A stretch of 64,000 nucleotides of DNA, from positions 6,266-70,265 of the forward strand of contig JBBRQV010000001.1 of NCBI GenBank assembly GCA_038225955.1. Reading direction: 5' to 3'. The stretch comes from Ignavibacteria bacterium. GTDB taxonomy: Bacteria > Bacteroidota > Ignavibacteria > Tepidaquicellales > Tepidaquicellaceae. Position 1 is the stretch's first letter. Every line of letters starts with the position of its first letter. The notes below the pieces were generated by a model. The model searched no databases and had not been told where the DNA came from. It saw only the letters and a list, made by a program, of their open reading frames with translations. The position numbers and the translations under genes are program-made. This document shows positions 1 through 9,516 of the stretch, one piece after another.

Positions 1-567
1 CTTTTTTTACAAATCCTAAACTCAAAAATAATTAAAAAAATTTTTGTAATTATCGGAAGCGCAAGCAGCAACTCAGCTAATGAAAAACTTATTGATAATT
101 TTGTAAGTTTTACAAAAGACGATTTTGATGTAACAATTTTTAAAAATTTAAAAACACTTCCTCACTTTGACCCAGAACTATCCTCTGAAAATTCACCTGA
201 AATAATATCAACATTCAGAAAAGATATTGCAGATGCTGATGGCATATTAATATGCACACCTGAATATGTTTTCAGCATTCCCAGCGGATTGAAAAATGCA
301 CTTGAGTGGTGTGTATCAACAACAGTATTTTCTGATAAACCGATTGGTATTATTACAGCTTCAGCACACGGAGCTAAGGGACATGAAGAACTTCAACTGA
401 TAATGAAAACCTTAACTGCAAACTTTACCGATGAAACGACATTATTGATTCATGCAATAAAAGGGAAAATAAATGTCGAAGGCGACATAACGGATGCTAA
501 AACAAAAGATGATTTCGAAAAATTTATTGAAGCGTATAGAGCTCTAATTAAAAACACTCCAAAGTAA
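1..567 (+). CDS. NAD(P)H-dependent FMN reductase family protein; 5' end/start codon unresolved
   Basis: Frame 1 is open from nt 1. It reads ..KKIFVIIGSASSNSANEKLI..DADGILICTPEYVFSIPSGLKNALEWCV.., a flavodoxin-like FMN_red signature. The track ORF 289..567 (TTG) is only the C-terminal third. Confidence 0.8.
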   Translation, partial: LFLQILNSKIIKKIFVIIGSASSNSANEKLIDNFVSFTKDDFDVTIFKNLKTLPHFDPELSSENSPEIISTFRKDIADADGILICTPEYVFSIPSGLKNALEWCVSTTVFSDKPIGIITASAHGAKGHEELQLIMKTLTANFTDETTLLIHAIKGKINVEGDITDAKTKDDFEKFIEAYRALIKNTPK

Positions 568-638
568 CAAAAGATTATTACAAAAAATATTCCTTTCTAT
601 ATTAACCTACCGTCAGTAATTTCTTTCAAACACCGCTT

Positions 639-1562
639 ATGAACCGTAAAAAAATATTCCTCTATCTTTTTTTTACTTTTTCCATCTGCTGGCTCACTGC
701 ATTAATAATGCATATCACCGATGTAGAGTATGGTTCAATTCCTTTTGTAATTCTCGTTGCAGTTTTCTACATGTTTATTCCTGCTGCAGTAACCATTGTA
801 CTTCAGAAATATATTTATAAAGAACCTCTTGCCGAATACGGATTTACTATTAAAAATATTTCTGTCAAGCATATTTTTCTCACACCCGCATATTACCTCG
901 CATTTATCCTCCTTACTATTGCAATCGTTTTTATTCTTGGAAATATACTTCACATTCCGGGCTTTGGCGCAGTAAGCTTTCAACAGGAAGATGTAACCAA
1001 CGGTATTGTTAATCTTATTCATGGAAAATTTGATGACCTGAAAATAATTGAAATGATCAATAAAATGCCGTCGCCTTTTATTTTATTCTTATTGGGGATT
1101 TTCGGCGGAATTTTTTCCGGAGCCTCGGTTAATTTGCTATTTACTTTCGGCGAAGAGTTCGGATGGCGCGGACTTCTTTTGAGAGAAACCCAGCCAATGG
1201 GATTTTGGAAAGCAAATTTTTTCATAGGAATTATATGGGGTGTATGGCACATTCCCATCATACTTATGGGGCATAACTATCCGCATTACCCCGTTCTCGG
1301 AAGCCTTATGATGATACCTTTCTGTATAAGTCTTTCATTCATTCAGGCATATCTGCGGCTTCGTTCAAAAACAATTCTTGCTCCCTCACTTTTTCACGGA
1401 ATGATAAATGCAGGCGGACCTGTAACATTCATTTTTTTTATAAACTATAATGAGCTTTTAGGAACCATTGTAGGAGCAGCCGGAATTTTATCTGCAATTA
1501 TAGTGACTGTCGTTATTCTTCTATCGGATAAAAAATTTATTGAAGAGTATAAAATGCTTTAA
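639..1562 (+). CDS. CPBP family intramembrane glutamic endopeptidase (CAAX protease/Abi family)
   Basis: Multi-pass membrane protein with EEFGWRG, WGVWH and FHGMIN motifs typical of CPBP proteases. Confidence 0.85.
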   Translation: MNRKKIFLYLFFTFSICWLTALIMHITDVEYGSIPFVILVAVFYMFIPAAVTIVLQKYIYKEPLAEYGFTIKNISVKHIFLTPAYYLAFILLTIAIVFILGNILHIPGFGAVSFQQEDVTNGIVNLIHGKFDDLKIIEMINKMPSPFILFLLGIFGGIFSGASVNLLFTFGEEFGWRGLLLRETQPMGFWKANFFIGIIWGVWHIPIILMGHNYPHYPVLGSLMMIPFCISLSFIQAYLRLRSKTILAPSLFHGMINAGGPVTFIFFINYNELLGTIVGAAGILSAIIVTVVILLSDKKFIEEYKML

Positions 1563-1854
1563 CACAACAATAAAATATCGCGATTGTTTTGAATAATGAA
1601 ATATGCCGCTCAAAAAAATATTTTTTTCTGCATGCCATTTAAAAATAATTTTTTCAATATTTACTGATAACAAAACAATTTATCGAAAACCCCATTGTAC
1701 TAATTTCATCGTAACTCCTCATTAAGGATGAAAACCACTTATCCCAGGTCTTTCTTTTCTTATGGAGAATTATTTATTGATTAATAAAAATAAAAAATTA
1801 TTTTCATTTTTCAAATTTTTTCTACCATTTTAAAATTCTAAACTAAAAAACTCC

Positions 1855-2391
1855 ATGAGAAAATCTAACTTTTTCTTTTTACTCATTTGCATCTTTACGT
1901 TCTGTCTTTTACAAAACTCCTATTCACAAGGCGTTGGCAAAATTTTATTAGGAACTAACATTGGTGGTACTAAGCTTACTTCCGGCGGCGATTTGGATTT
2001 TTATCTTCATGTCGATGGTGAAGGCTTGTACGGATTAACACCTAATTTCGCCGCAGGCGCAAGTATAGGGTACTCATCAACTTCAATCACTACTCTTACA
2101 GAGTATACCGTAAACGGAAGATATTATTTCAGCCCTTATGAAAAAATAAAATTTTTCGCTGAGGCAGGATTAGGCTCGTACTCAGCAAAAGTTGAATTAG
2201 CAACAATTATTGTTGTTTCAAGTTCGAGTTATCTCGGAATGAATATAGGCGCAGGTGCAAGTACATCTGTTGGTAGTGGCAATAAATACGTATTAACAGG
2301 TAAAATTAAGTATCACAATCCCTTCACAAAATCAGATGAAGGAAAACTTAACTGGATAAATATAACTTTGGGCGTTGGTATAGTACTGTAA
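1855..2391 (+). CDS. Small outer-membrane beta-barrel protein (signal peptide)
   Basis: N-terminal signal peptide and alternating Gly/aromatic beta-strand pattern. AEAGLGSY resembles the LEAGLGAY motif of the OMPs at 14885 and 18115. Confidence 0.6.
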   Translation: MRKSNFFFLLICIFTFCLLQNSYSQGVGKILLGTNIGGTKLTSGGDLDFYLHVDGEGLYGLTPNFAAGASIGYSSTSITTLTEYTVNGRYYFSPYEKIKFFAEAGLGSYSAKVELATIIVVSSSSYLGMNIGAGASTSVGSGNKYVLTGKIKYHNPFTKSDEGKLNWINITLGVGIVL

Positions 2392-2439
2392 TAAATTAAT
2401 TTCGATTTATTATAAATATTCCATAATTTTAGGTCGCAC

Positions 2440-2467
2440 AAACGGGGCTTTTGCCCCGTTTATTTTT
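2440..2467. terminator. Bidirectional rho-independent terminator between convergent genes
   Basis: AAACGGGGC-TTTT-GCCCCGTTT perfect 9-bp stem, with an A-run before and a T-run after. Confidence 0.7.
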
Positions 2468-3939
2468 TAAAGATTTAGTTGCAGCAGTTCCTTAATCTTA
2501 CTTATAAGCCAAAGATTTCTTGTCTCGCTGTAAAATTTTTCCAAATCATATTTTATTTCCTCCTTATCTTTCTTAGCGATTCCAAACTTTGCTTTTATTA
2601 AAAGCCTCATCCCGGAAATAAATTCTCTTCCCGATAATCTGTAATTTTCAGAAACTTTTTTATTGTCTTTTAAAAAGTGTAAAAACGCATCAATTGCATA
2701 GTTTAGATTTTCTATATACAATTCCGATTGCTTTGCCAGCTCATAATAATTCTTCAGCTGCATCAGCTTCATATCATATGTGAATATTTCCATTTCAAAT
2801 CTGAACCGCGAAATATAATCCAAAGATTTAAGGTAGTCCCCTTTATAATGTTCAATATATGAGTTTGCATAGCAAAGCATATTTTCTTTAATATCAGGAT
2901 TTACTTTTTCAATATATTCTTTAACGAAGTTTTCAGTCCAGTCAACATCATACGCATGTAATCCTGCCAGTAAAAACATTTTAAATGTCCCTGCATTAAG
3001 AAATCTTATTTCCCCGGATGGAAAAAGTCCTTTTGATAAAGCAAATTTTACGAACTCAAATTTTTGCTGTATAATTTGCTCACTTTGATTTGCCGTATAA
3101 TAATTTATTACCGACATGAAGTAATTCATTTTCTCTCTCATATCAAGGGCATCATACGTATCCATATACACATCGTTCAAATGACTGTATAAATTCTCAA
3201 ACTTTTTATTCTTTAACATTATACATATAAAAATAATATCAAGTTTTATTTTTTTATAGTTAGGATAATCCGGTCGAAGATCTTCCAGAAATTTATCAAG
3301 ATTAAAATTGTTGAAGAGAAGTGATAGCTGCTCAGTTCTTCGGGTTATGTTAAAAACTTTGGAATTAACGTCTAAGCTGTTTAGAAGTTGATTCGACATT
3401 GCGAAAAGAAAATTTATAAGGTCTTCGCTTTGCTGCTCAACTACATCGTACATCTCAGAATTTTTATTTGCAAGCCCTTTGAAGTTAGAGTCCGTATTTC
3501 TCATTAAGATTCTCTGCAATTCCTTAATATATCCAACATCCCATCCATTCTCCGATGATAAATATTCTTCAACTTTAGATTCACCAATCTCGTACAATCC
3601 GCGAATTGAGTATCCTTCAACAAGCAAAAAATTTGAATAGAATTCCATTCGTCTCAAAGCACTAATGGCAATATAATCCTCCAGAATTTTTGTAAAGTCT
3701 GAGTTAAGTGTGCGCAAAATTTTTGACTGCTTTCCTTCGGCGTCATCCTTCTTTCCAAAATAAATTTTTAAGAATTTATCTTTCTCAATTTCAAAACCGG
3801 GATAAAATTTTAACAGCGAGTTATAATATTTTTCAAAATTTCTGCCTCTGCTGAAATAAGGAGATGCGATAAACTTTTTAAAATCTTTTACATCCTCTTC
3901 AGAGAATGTTTTAAGAATACTTATGATTTTTTCATTCAA
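2467..3939 (-). CDS. Hypothetical all-alpha (TPR-like?) protein, 490 aa
   Basis: Long uninterrupted ORF, helical-repeat-like composition, no motif I recognise. Divergent from the GTGCAC array. Confidence 0.6.
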   Translation of the reverse strand: MNEKIISILKTFSEEDVKDFKKFIASPYFSRGRNFEKYYNSLLKFYPGFEIEKDKFLKIYFGKKDDAEGKQSKILRTLNSDFTKILEDYIAISALRRMEFYSNFLLVEGYSIRGLYEIGESKVEEYLSSENGWDVGYIKELQRILMRNTDSNFKGLANKNSEMYDVVEQQSEDLINFLFAMSNQLLNSLDVNSKVFNITRRTEQLSLLFNNFNLDKFLEDLRPDYPNYKKIKLDIIFICIMLKNKKFENLYSHLNDVYMDTYDALDMREKMNYFMSVINYYTANQSEQIIQQKFEFVKFALSKGLFPSGEIRFLNAGTFKMFLLAGLHAYDVDWTENFVKEYIEKVNPDIKENMLCYANSYIEHYKGDYLKSLDYISRFRFEMEIFTYDMKLMQLKNYYELAKQSELYIENLNYAIDAFLHFLKDNKKVSENYRLSGREFISGMRLLIKAKFGIAKKDKEEIKYDLEKFYSETRNLWLISKIKELLQLNL

Positions 3940-4063
3940 AATGCGTGTTTTTATCGTAGCAGGAAAGTATTTTTAAATTCCGATAAAAACAATTTATTAA
4001 TTTCTCAATATGTTTTATTTTGAGGTTTTTTTTGTGGCAATCACCTAAAATTTCTCTTTGCTT

Positions 4064-4084
4064 TTACTTACTAATAGTAAGTAA
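4064..4084. promoter_or_regulatory. 21-bp perfect palindrome TTACTTACTA-A-TAGTAAGTAA
   Basis: 10-bp arms verified base by base. It lies 9 bp upstream of the GTGCAC array in a divergent intergenic region. Confidence 0.4.
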
Positions 4085-4093
4085 CTTGCAAAT

Positions 4094-4132
4094 GTGCACA
4101 AAGAGTGCACAGATTGTGCACTTAAAGTGCAC
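4094..4132. promoter_or_regulatory. Array of four GTGCAC palindromic hexamers with exact 11-bp phasing (putative operator)
   Basis: GTGCAC at 4094, 4105, 4116 and 4127. The array ends 22 bp before the ATG at 4155. Confidence 0.5.
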
Positions 4133-4154
4133 GGGAAAATAAAACCGGCTCAGA

Positions 4155-4340
4155 ATGAAAAAAAATTTAAAAATTGCAAGAGGATATAGGCTATATCCAA
4201 AAACTCAAAAACAGATAATTAAAATTCAAAAGATGCTTAAATCCGATTCCGATAAAGCAATTGCAACAGCCTGTGATTATTTTCTTAGTGTGCATACAGA
4301 AATAAAAAATAAAGAGAAAAATATTTTCATAAATAATTAA
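4155..4340 (+). CDS. Small basic protein, 61 aa, possible ribbon-helix-helix DNA-binding protein
   Basis: ATG ORF directly downstream of the repeat array. The N-terminus LKIARGYRLYPKTQKQIIKIQKML..DKAIATACDYF fits a strand-helix-helix pattern. No homology check was possible. Confidence 0.45.
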   Translation: MKKNLKIARGYRLYPKTQKQIIKIQKMLKSDSDKAIATACDYFLSVHTEIKNKEKNIFINN

Positions 4341-4427
4341 ACGAACACTTTTTTCAGAATTAATAAGAAACAAAGTAATCGCTGAGCGGGAAGCAGTTAA
4401 CTTTTTATTAAACTAAAAAACATCACC

Positions 4428-6257
4428 ATGAAAAAACTTACGTTATTTATTTTACTATTTGTTGCTGTACCATTAGTTTTCTCTCAAACTAATAAAATTG
4501 CAGGAATGCATAATTCAGAAATGATTAGCAATCCCGGTCCCAACCCTAAGGTAACAGAAGTTATAAAAAATCTAAGAGCGGCAAGATTGGGAAATGATGC
4601 AGGAGCTGTTTCATACTGGGAAAATAAGCTGAGAGAATTGACTCATCCTCAAATAATAAATGCTTCGCCTGAAGCATTACGCTTCACAAGAGGAAATGGA
4701 GAAACAATAAATAACTCTGAGGCAACAAATTTTACGAGAATAACAAACAGTCTTATAGTAGCAAATTCTATTTCACGCGAAGGCTTGCACGGAGAAATTT
4801 ATGCAGCAGTAGGTTTTTTCGGGTCGCCTACAAGTCCCGATACTTTAAAAATTTTCAGGTCAGTTAATAACGGACTAAATTTTACTCTGGTTGGTTCAGT
4901 TGCTGAATCAGATTTAAAAATAACTAATAACGGATTAGACATTGAAGCAGTTTCAAAAGGTGATTCTTCCTACGCATACGTTGCAATGAATTATACTTTG
5001 GGCGGCAATAAGTCATCTGCACTTATCAGAGTTCGTCAGGATGGTTTACAGTTTAATGTTTACGGATTATTTGGAGATGCCTCCAGAAAATATACACTCG
5101 GAAGAATTACCAGTGATAACTCAGTCTTTTTCTCAAGCCCATACATTTATTTTTCAGTTACGTTAGATTCAACAGTCAGCGGTACAAGAAGATTAAAATC
5201 GAAACTGTTTTCACTGCAAAACATATTTGCAAATAATACTTTTCTTATGACAGGTTATCAGGATGCCGTTAACGGACAATATGGATATTATGTTGCAGGT
5301 GCAGCACCGGACTCTGCTAAGTTTGAATCTGATATTGCCTTCGTTAATACAGAAGGAGACCAGGATCAGCTTTACACTATCACTGTTGTAAGAGGAATAC
5401 CGGGATTATTCGGAAGCGGCTCCACTCTTTGCTTCACACGCAGTGTGGATTTAGGGATTACAGTCCCTGCATTATTTACAACTGCCGACGCAGGATATTA
5501 TAAAGAAAATCCAAGAATTGCTACGACAGGATTCTTAAATAATTCGTTAATGGTTTGTGTGAGAAGACTTTACGGAGGCGGAGACTGGGACCCATATTCT
5601 TTCTATACAACTAATGTTACTACAGGCACACCTGCATTCGTAGGAGATTATGTCAACTCAACTACTGATACAACTATTGGAGTTTCTGTAGCAGGAAGAA
5701 TAAAATCAAACGGCTCATATTTATTCGCTTTTAATAATAGATTAAATGGTCCTAACGACAGTAAAATTTATACCCGACCCTTTTCAAACGGAATAATAGG
5801 TACACAGGTTCAATCCAATCCGGTTAATATTACAGGCACAAATTTTTACGGAAACCCTGACGCAGGATTTAGAAATATAAATAATGATTCTTGCTTAGTT
5901 ATCTGGGGCGGTACAGTTGGTATTGGTTCTTATGTTACGGGAGGATGCACAGGCGGAACATTTACAGGTATAGGTTCTTCAACGGTAAAAGCTGATGATT
6001 ATCATTTGTCTCAAAATTATCCTAATCCATTTAATCCTTCTACAATAATAAATTATTCATTGCCTGTTCAGAGTAACGTATTAATAAAGATATTTGATGT
6101 ACTTGGTAAAGAAGTCGCTTACATTGTAAATGAAACACAAAGTGCAGGTTTGCACTCAATTGAGTTCAACGGTGTAAATCTAACCAGTGGAGTTTACTAT
6201 TACAGAATTGAAGCGAATGATTTTGCGGATACAAAAAAAATGTTATTGATAAAGTAA
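4428..6257 (+). CDS. T9SS-secreted protein of unknown function, 609 aa
   Basis: Signal peptide. C-terminal LSQNYPNPFNPSTIINY...GVYYYRIEA..TKKMLLIK matches the Por/T9SS C-terminal sorting domain. Confidence 0.85.
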   Translation: MKKLTLFILLFVAVPLVFSQTNKIAGMHNSEMISNPGPNPKVTEVIKNLRAARLGNDAGAVSYWENKLRELTHPQIINASPEALRFTRGNGETINNSEATNFTRITNSLIVANSISREGLHGEIYAAVGFFGSPTSPDTLKIFRSVNNGLNFTLVGSVAESDLKITNNGLDIEAVSKGDSSYAYVAMNYTLGGNKSSALIRVRQDGLQFNVYGLFGDASRKYTLGRITSDNSVFFSSPYIYFSVTLDSTVSGTRRLKSKLFSLQNIFANNTFLMTGYQDAVNGQYGYYVAGAAPDSAKFESDIAFVNTEGDQDQLYTITVVRGIPGLFGSGSTLCFTRSVDLGITVPALFTTADAGYYKENPRIATTGFLNNSLMVCVRRLYGGGDWDPYSFYTTNVTTGTPAFVGDYVNSTTDTTIGVSVAGRIKSNGSYLFAFNNRLNGPNDSKIYTRPFSNGIIGTQVQSNPVNITGTNFYGNPDAGFRNINNDSCLVIWGGTVGIGSYVTGGCTGGTFTGIGSSTVKADDYHLSQNYPNPFNPSTIINYSLPVQSNVLIKIFDVLGKEVAYIVNETQSAGLHSIEFNGVNLTSGVYYYRIEANDFADTKKMLLIK

Positions 6258-6340
6258 AACAGAACAATTATTCCCGTTGCTGCAGCTCAACCAATTACTT
6301 AGAAGCGGGAATTTAAAAGTTAATTAATTAAATTTATCTT

Positions 6341-8887
6341 ATGAAAAAAATATTGTTGTCTTTATTAATTCTTGTTATTCCCCTTTTTCTTGTACTTAAC
6401 TCTCACGAAAATATGACTGCCGGAAAAGAAGAAAAAGAGAATGAGAAAACTGAAGAAATAGAAAATTCAAGCGGTGAAAGGATTGCTAAAAAAGAAGCGA
6501 TGAAGGATTATCATAAACTTGAAAACTCAATTTCTGTTGAAGAAAGAATGCGTCTATGGCAAACAGTTGAGAATTATCCTCAAGAAGATGCCAGCGTAAA
6601 TGCAGCCTTTGACTGGAAATCAATAGGACCATTCGGAATGACAGTTTTGGCTAACAACTCTAAGATGACGGGACGTGTTTTAGATGTAAAGCCGCCTTAC
6701 GGAAATGCAGGATTGCGAATTGCAACTTGCAATGGTGGTTTATGGGAGTATGGGGTTTTAGTTGCATTTCCTTTAAGTGATAATGTTCCTACTCTTGCAA
6801 TCGGTTCATTCGATTCGCATCCTGACTCCAGCGATGTAATTATTATAGGGACAGGTGAACCTGGTGGAACTATATTCAGTAATCCAACAGGGACAGGTCT
6901 TTACAGAACAAGTAACCGAGGTACAAACTGGGTTTCAATTCCTATGACTCCCGTGCCTAATAATTTTCATAAAGTGCGTTTCCATCCGATTGATAAGCAA
7001 ATTGTTTTTGCCGCAACAGATTTAGGTTTGTATAAAAGCACGACAGGTGGAACAAGTTTTTCACTTAACCGCCCAGGTAATTACTCTGATTTTGTTTATG
7101 ATGTTAACTCCCCGGGTTGGATATATACTTCCAAAATTAAAAGAGGAATTTTTTATTCATCAGATTACGGAGTTACCTGGGACTCTAGCGTTGTAGGATT
7201 GCCGCCTGACATCGGTGATATTAAAATAGATATTGCAAAGAGTAATTCTGCCATAATGTATGCAAGTATTTCAAGCGACTCATTATGCGTAGGCAATACT
7301 AACTTGCCCTTCAGAATGAAAGTATATAAATCAGTTAACTATGGGTTTAATTGGGTAAGAATAAACAATAGAATTAACGGAGTGGACTATCTTGATTATT
7401 CATATTGCCAAGGATATTATAATAATATTGTATCTATTAATCCTGTAAATCCCAATATAGTTATTGTAGGCGGCGGTTCGATTCAGCTTACAACCAATGG
7501 CGGCACAAACTGGACTGAACCGGCTGACGACCATCACCATGACCATCATTGCACTGCTTGGGATGCAGCGGGCAATACTTTTTACTCCGGCAGTGATGGA
7601 GGAATAGCGACCACAACTAACCTATGTGCAGACTGGAATTCCATTTTCAACTTTATCCCTCTCACACAATTTTACGATGGCGATGTCGGTACCTCAAACC
7701 CCAATGTAATGATTGGCGGAGCGCAGGATAATGCTAATCCTATGACAACAAACGGCGCTGACTGGATTTATAGGGGAGCAGGTGATGGCTGGTCTGGGGT
7801 AGTAAGCCCAAGCAACGCAAATAATTTAATTATTAGCTGGAACTCCTCTCTGCAAAAAACAACTGATGGCGGTCAGAATTTTATTAATTCTTCGTCAGGT
7901 ATTCAAACTATATCACCGATAAGCTTTTTCACTTCAGATAGATATAGCCCGCTTAATATATATTTCTATACAAATGGATATTTGTACAAAACAATTACAG
8001 GCGGTACAAGCTATCAGAATCTGAACCAACAATTTCAACTAAGCGCAAGCAGATGCCCTATCTCCGCTGAAAAAGGCAGCGCAACAAACGCGAATGAAGT
8101 AGTTTATATCCCATCAGGTTCCTCTCTTAGTGGAAGCAGTTTATATGTTTATATGAATGGAGTAATGAATAATAGGTCAGCCACATTACCTTTTGGCAGA
8201 TCAGTTTGGCGGGTTTCACCTCATCCGCGTGATACTGCTATAGCCTATGCAATTTTACCGGCTACGGGATTAAGCAATCAGATTTACAAAACAAGAAACC
8301 GAGGCGTAAACTGGTATAATGTATCGGGAAATTTCCCCGGTGTTCCCGTAAAAGATATGCAGGTAAACCCGATTGACTCAAATATAATGGTTGCCTGCAC
8401 AGGAGGATTTGGATATTACAAATCTACAAATGCAGGACAAAACTGGTACAGATGGAATAACGGCGCCCCTAAAGGTACCTTTAGTGATAAAATGACTTAC
8501 ATTGACAGCGTAGGTGTAAATAGATTTTATGTTGTCTCATTTACAAACGGAAGAGGAGTTTATATAAGAAATATTAACAATCAGGATAGTATTCTTACAG
8601 GTGTTTCAAACACTAATCTTAAACTTGATTATAAGTTATCTCAAAATTATCCCAACCCTTTTAATCCTTCTACTAATATAAAATATTCTGTTTCAAAAAC
8701 TGCAAATGTAAAAATTACAATTTTTGATTTAGCAGGAAAAAAAGTAGCTGAACTGGTTAATGAAAAAAAATCACCCGGAATATACGATGTGATTTTTAAC
8801 GGTAGTAATATTTCCTCCGGAATTTATTTCTATAGAATGGAAACTGAAAATTTTACTGAGACTAAGAAAATGATACTTATAAAATAA
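6341..8887 (+). CDS. BNR/Asp-box repeat beta-propeller protein with T9SS C-terminal domain, 848 aa
   Basis: Repeated S/T-x-D/N-x-G-x-(T/N)-W motifs (SSDYGVTWD, TTNGGTNWT, TTDGGQNF, TRNRGVNWY, STNAGQNWY), a His-rich DDHHHDHH patch, and a C-terminal QNYPNPFNP sorting domain. Confidence 0.85.
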   Translation: MKKILLSLLILVIPLFLVLNSHENMTAGKEEKENEKTEEIENSSGERIAKKEAMKDYHKLENSISVEERMRLWQTVENYPQEDASVNAAFDWKSIGPFGMTVLANNSKMTGRVLDVKPPYGNAGLRIATCNGGLWEYGVLVAFPLSDNVPTLAIGSFDSHPDSSDVIIIGTGEPGGTIFSNPTGTGLYRTSNRGTNWVSIPMTPVPNNFHKVRFHPIDKQIVFAATDLGLYKSTTGGTSFSLNRPGNYSDFVYDVNSPGWIYTSKIKRGIFYSSDYGVTWDSSVVGLPPDIGDIKIDIAKSNSAIMYASISSDSLCVGNTNLPFRMKVYKSVNYGFNWVRINNRINGVDYLDYSYCQGYYNNIVSINPVNPNIVIVGGGSIQLTTNGGTNWTEPADDHHHDHHCTAWDAAGNTFYSGSDGGIATTTNLCADWNSIFNFIPLTQFYDGDVGTSNPNVMIGGAQDNANPMTTNGADWIYRGAGDGWSGVVSPSNANNLIISWNSSLQKTTDGGQNFINSSSGIQTISPISFFTSDRYSPLNIYFYTNGYLYKTITGGTSYQNLNQQFQLSASRCPISAEKGSATNANEVVYIPSGSSLSGSSLYVYMNGVMNNRSATLPFGRSVWRVSPHPRDTAIAYAILPATGLSNQIYKTRNRGVNWYNVSGNFPGVPVKDMQVNPIDSNIMVACTGGFGYYKSTNAGQNWYRWNNGAPKGTFSDKMTYIDSVGVNRFYVVSFTNGRGVYIRNINNQDSILTGVSNTNLKLDYKLSQNYPNPFNPSTNIKYSVSKTANVKITIFDLAGKKVAELVNEKKSPGIYDVIFNGSNISSGIYFYRMETENFTETKKMILIK

Positions 8888-8908
8888 AATTACATACCTT
8901 CCTAAAAC

Positions 8909-8946
8909 AAAACAGCCCTGCTGAATTTCTTCAACAGGGCTGTTTT
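8909..8946. terminator. Bidirectional terminator hairpin between convergent T9SS genes
   Basis: AAAACAGCCCTG...CAGGGCTGTTTT 12-bp stem plus inner TGAA/TTCA pairs. Confidence 0.7.
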
Positions 8947-8997
8947 AATTTTCGCCTTTTTATGAGCGAGGTGAGATGGAAATTTATTTCTTAAAGA

Positions 8998-9516
8998 TTA
9001 TTTTATAAGCATCATTTTCTTTGTCTGCACAAAATTATTATTTCCGCCTTCAGCAATTATTCTGTAAAAATAAGCGCCTGAAGATAATGCAGAAGCATTA
9101 ATGTTTGCAGTATAGAATCCTGATGGTTTTAAATCGCCATTGAGTAAAGTCATAATTTCTCTTCCTGTCATATCGTAGATAGCAATTGTTACCTTGCTAT
9201 CGAACGGTAAGTCAAAATCAATCTTTGTTGTAGGATTGAACGGATTCGGATAGTTCTGCGATAATGCAAAATTTTTCGGAACACCGACTTCAACGTACGA
9301 AGATAAATCATAATATTTATAGTTACCGTTATTATCAATCTGCTTCAATCTGTAGTTATATTTTCCTTTACCTTCAATGTTTTCGGAGAATTTATAATTC
9401 ATCTGATGATTTACTGTTCCGCTTCCGGCAACGTTACCGACTCTTGCCCAGGTACCGTTCTCAAAAGCTTTTCTTTCAACGTCAAATCCTGTGTTATTAA
9501 GTTCTGAAACAGTTGA
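8998..9516 (-). pseudogene. 3' portion of the large adhesin-like T9SS gene, downstream of an in-frame TAG (track ORF 8998..9402 is its ATG-delimited tail)
   Basis: It is in the same frame as 9517..12210. The translation continues ..VELN*STVSELNNTGFDVERK..NYRLKQIDNNGNYKYY..QNYPNPFNPTT.., colinear with the C-terminal module of the protein at 18854..20830. Confidence 0.75.
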
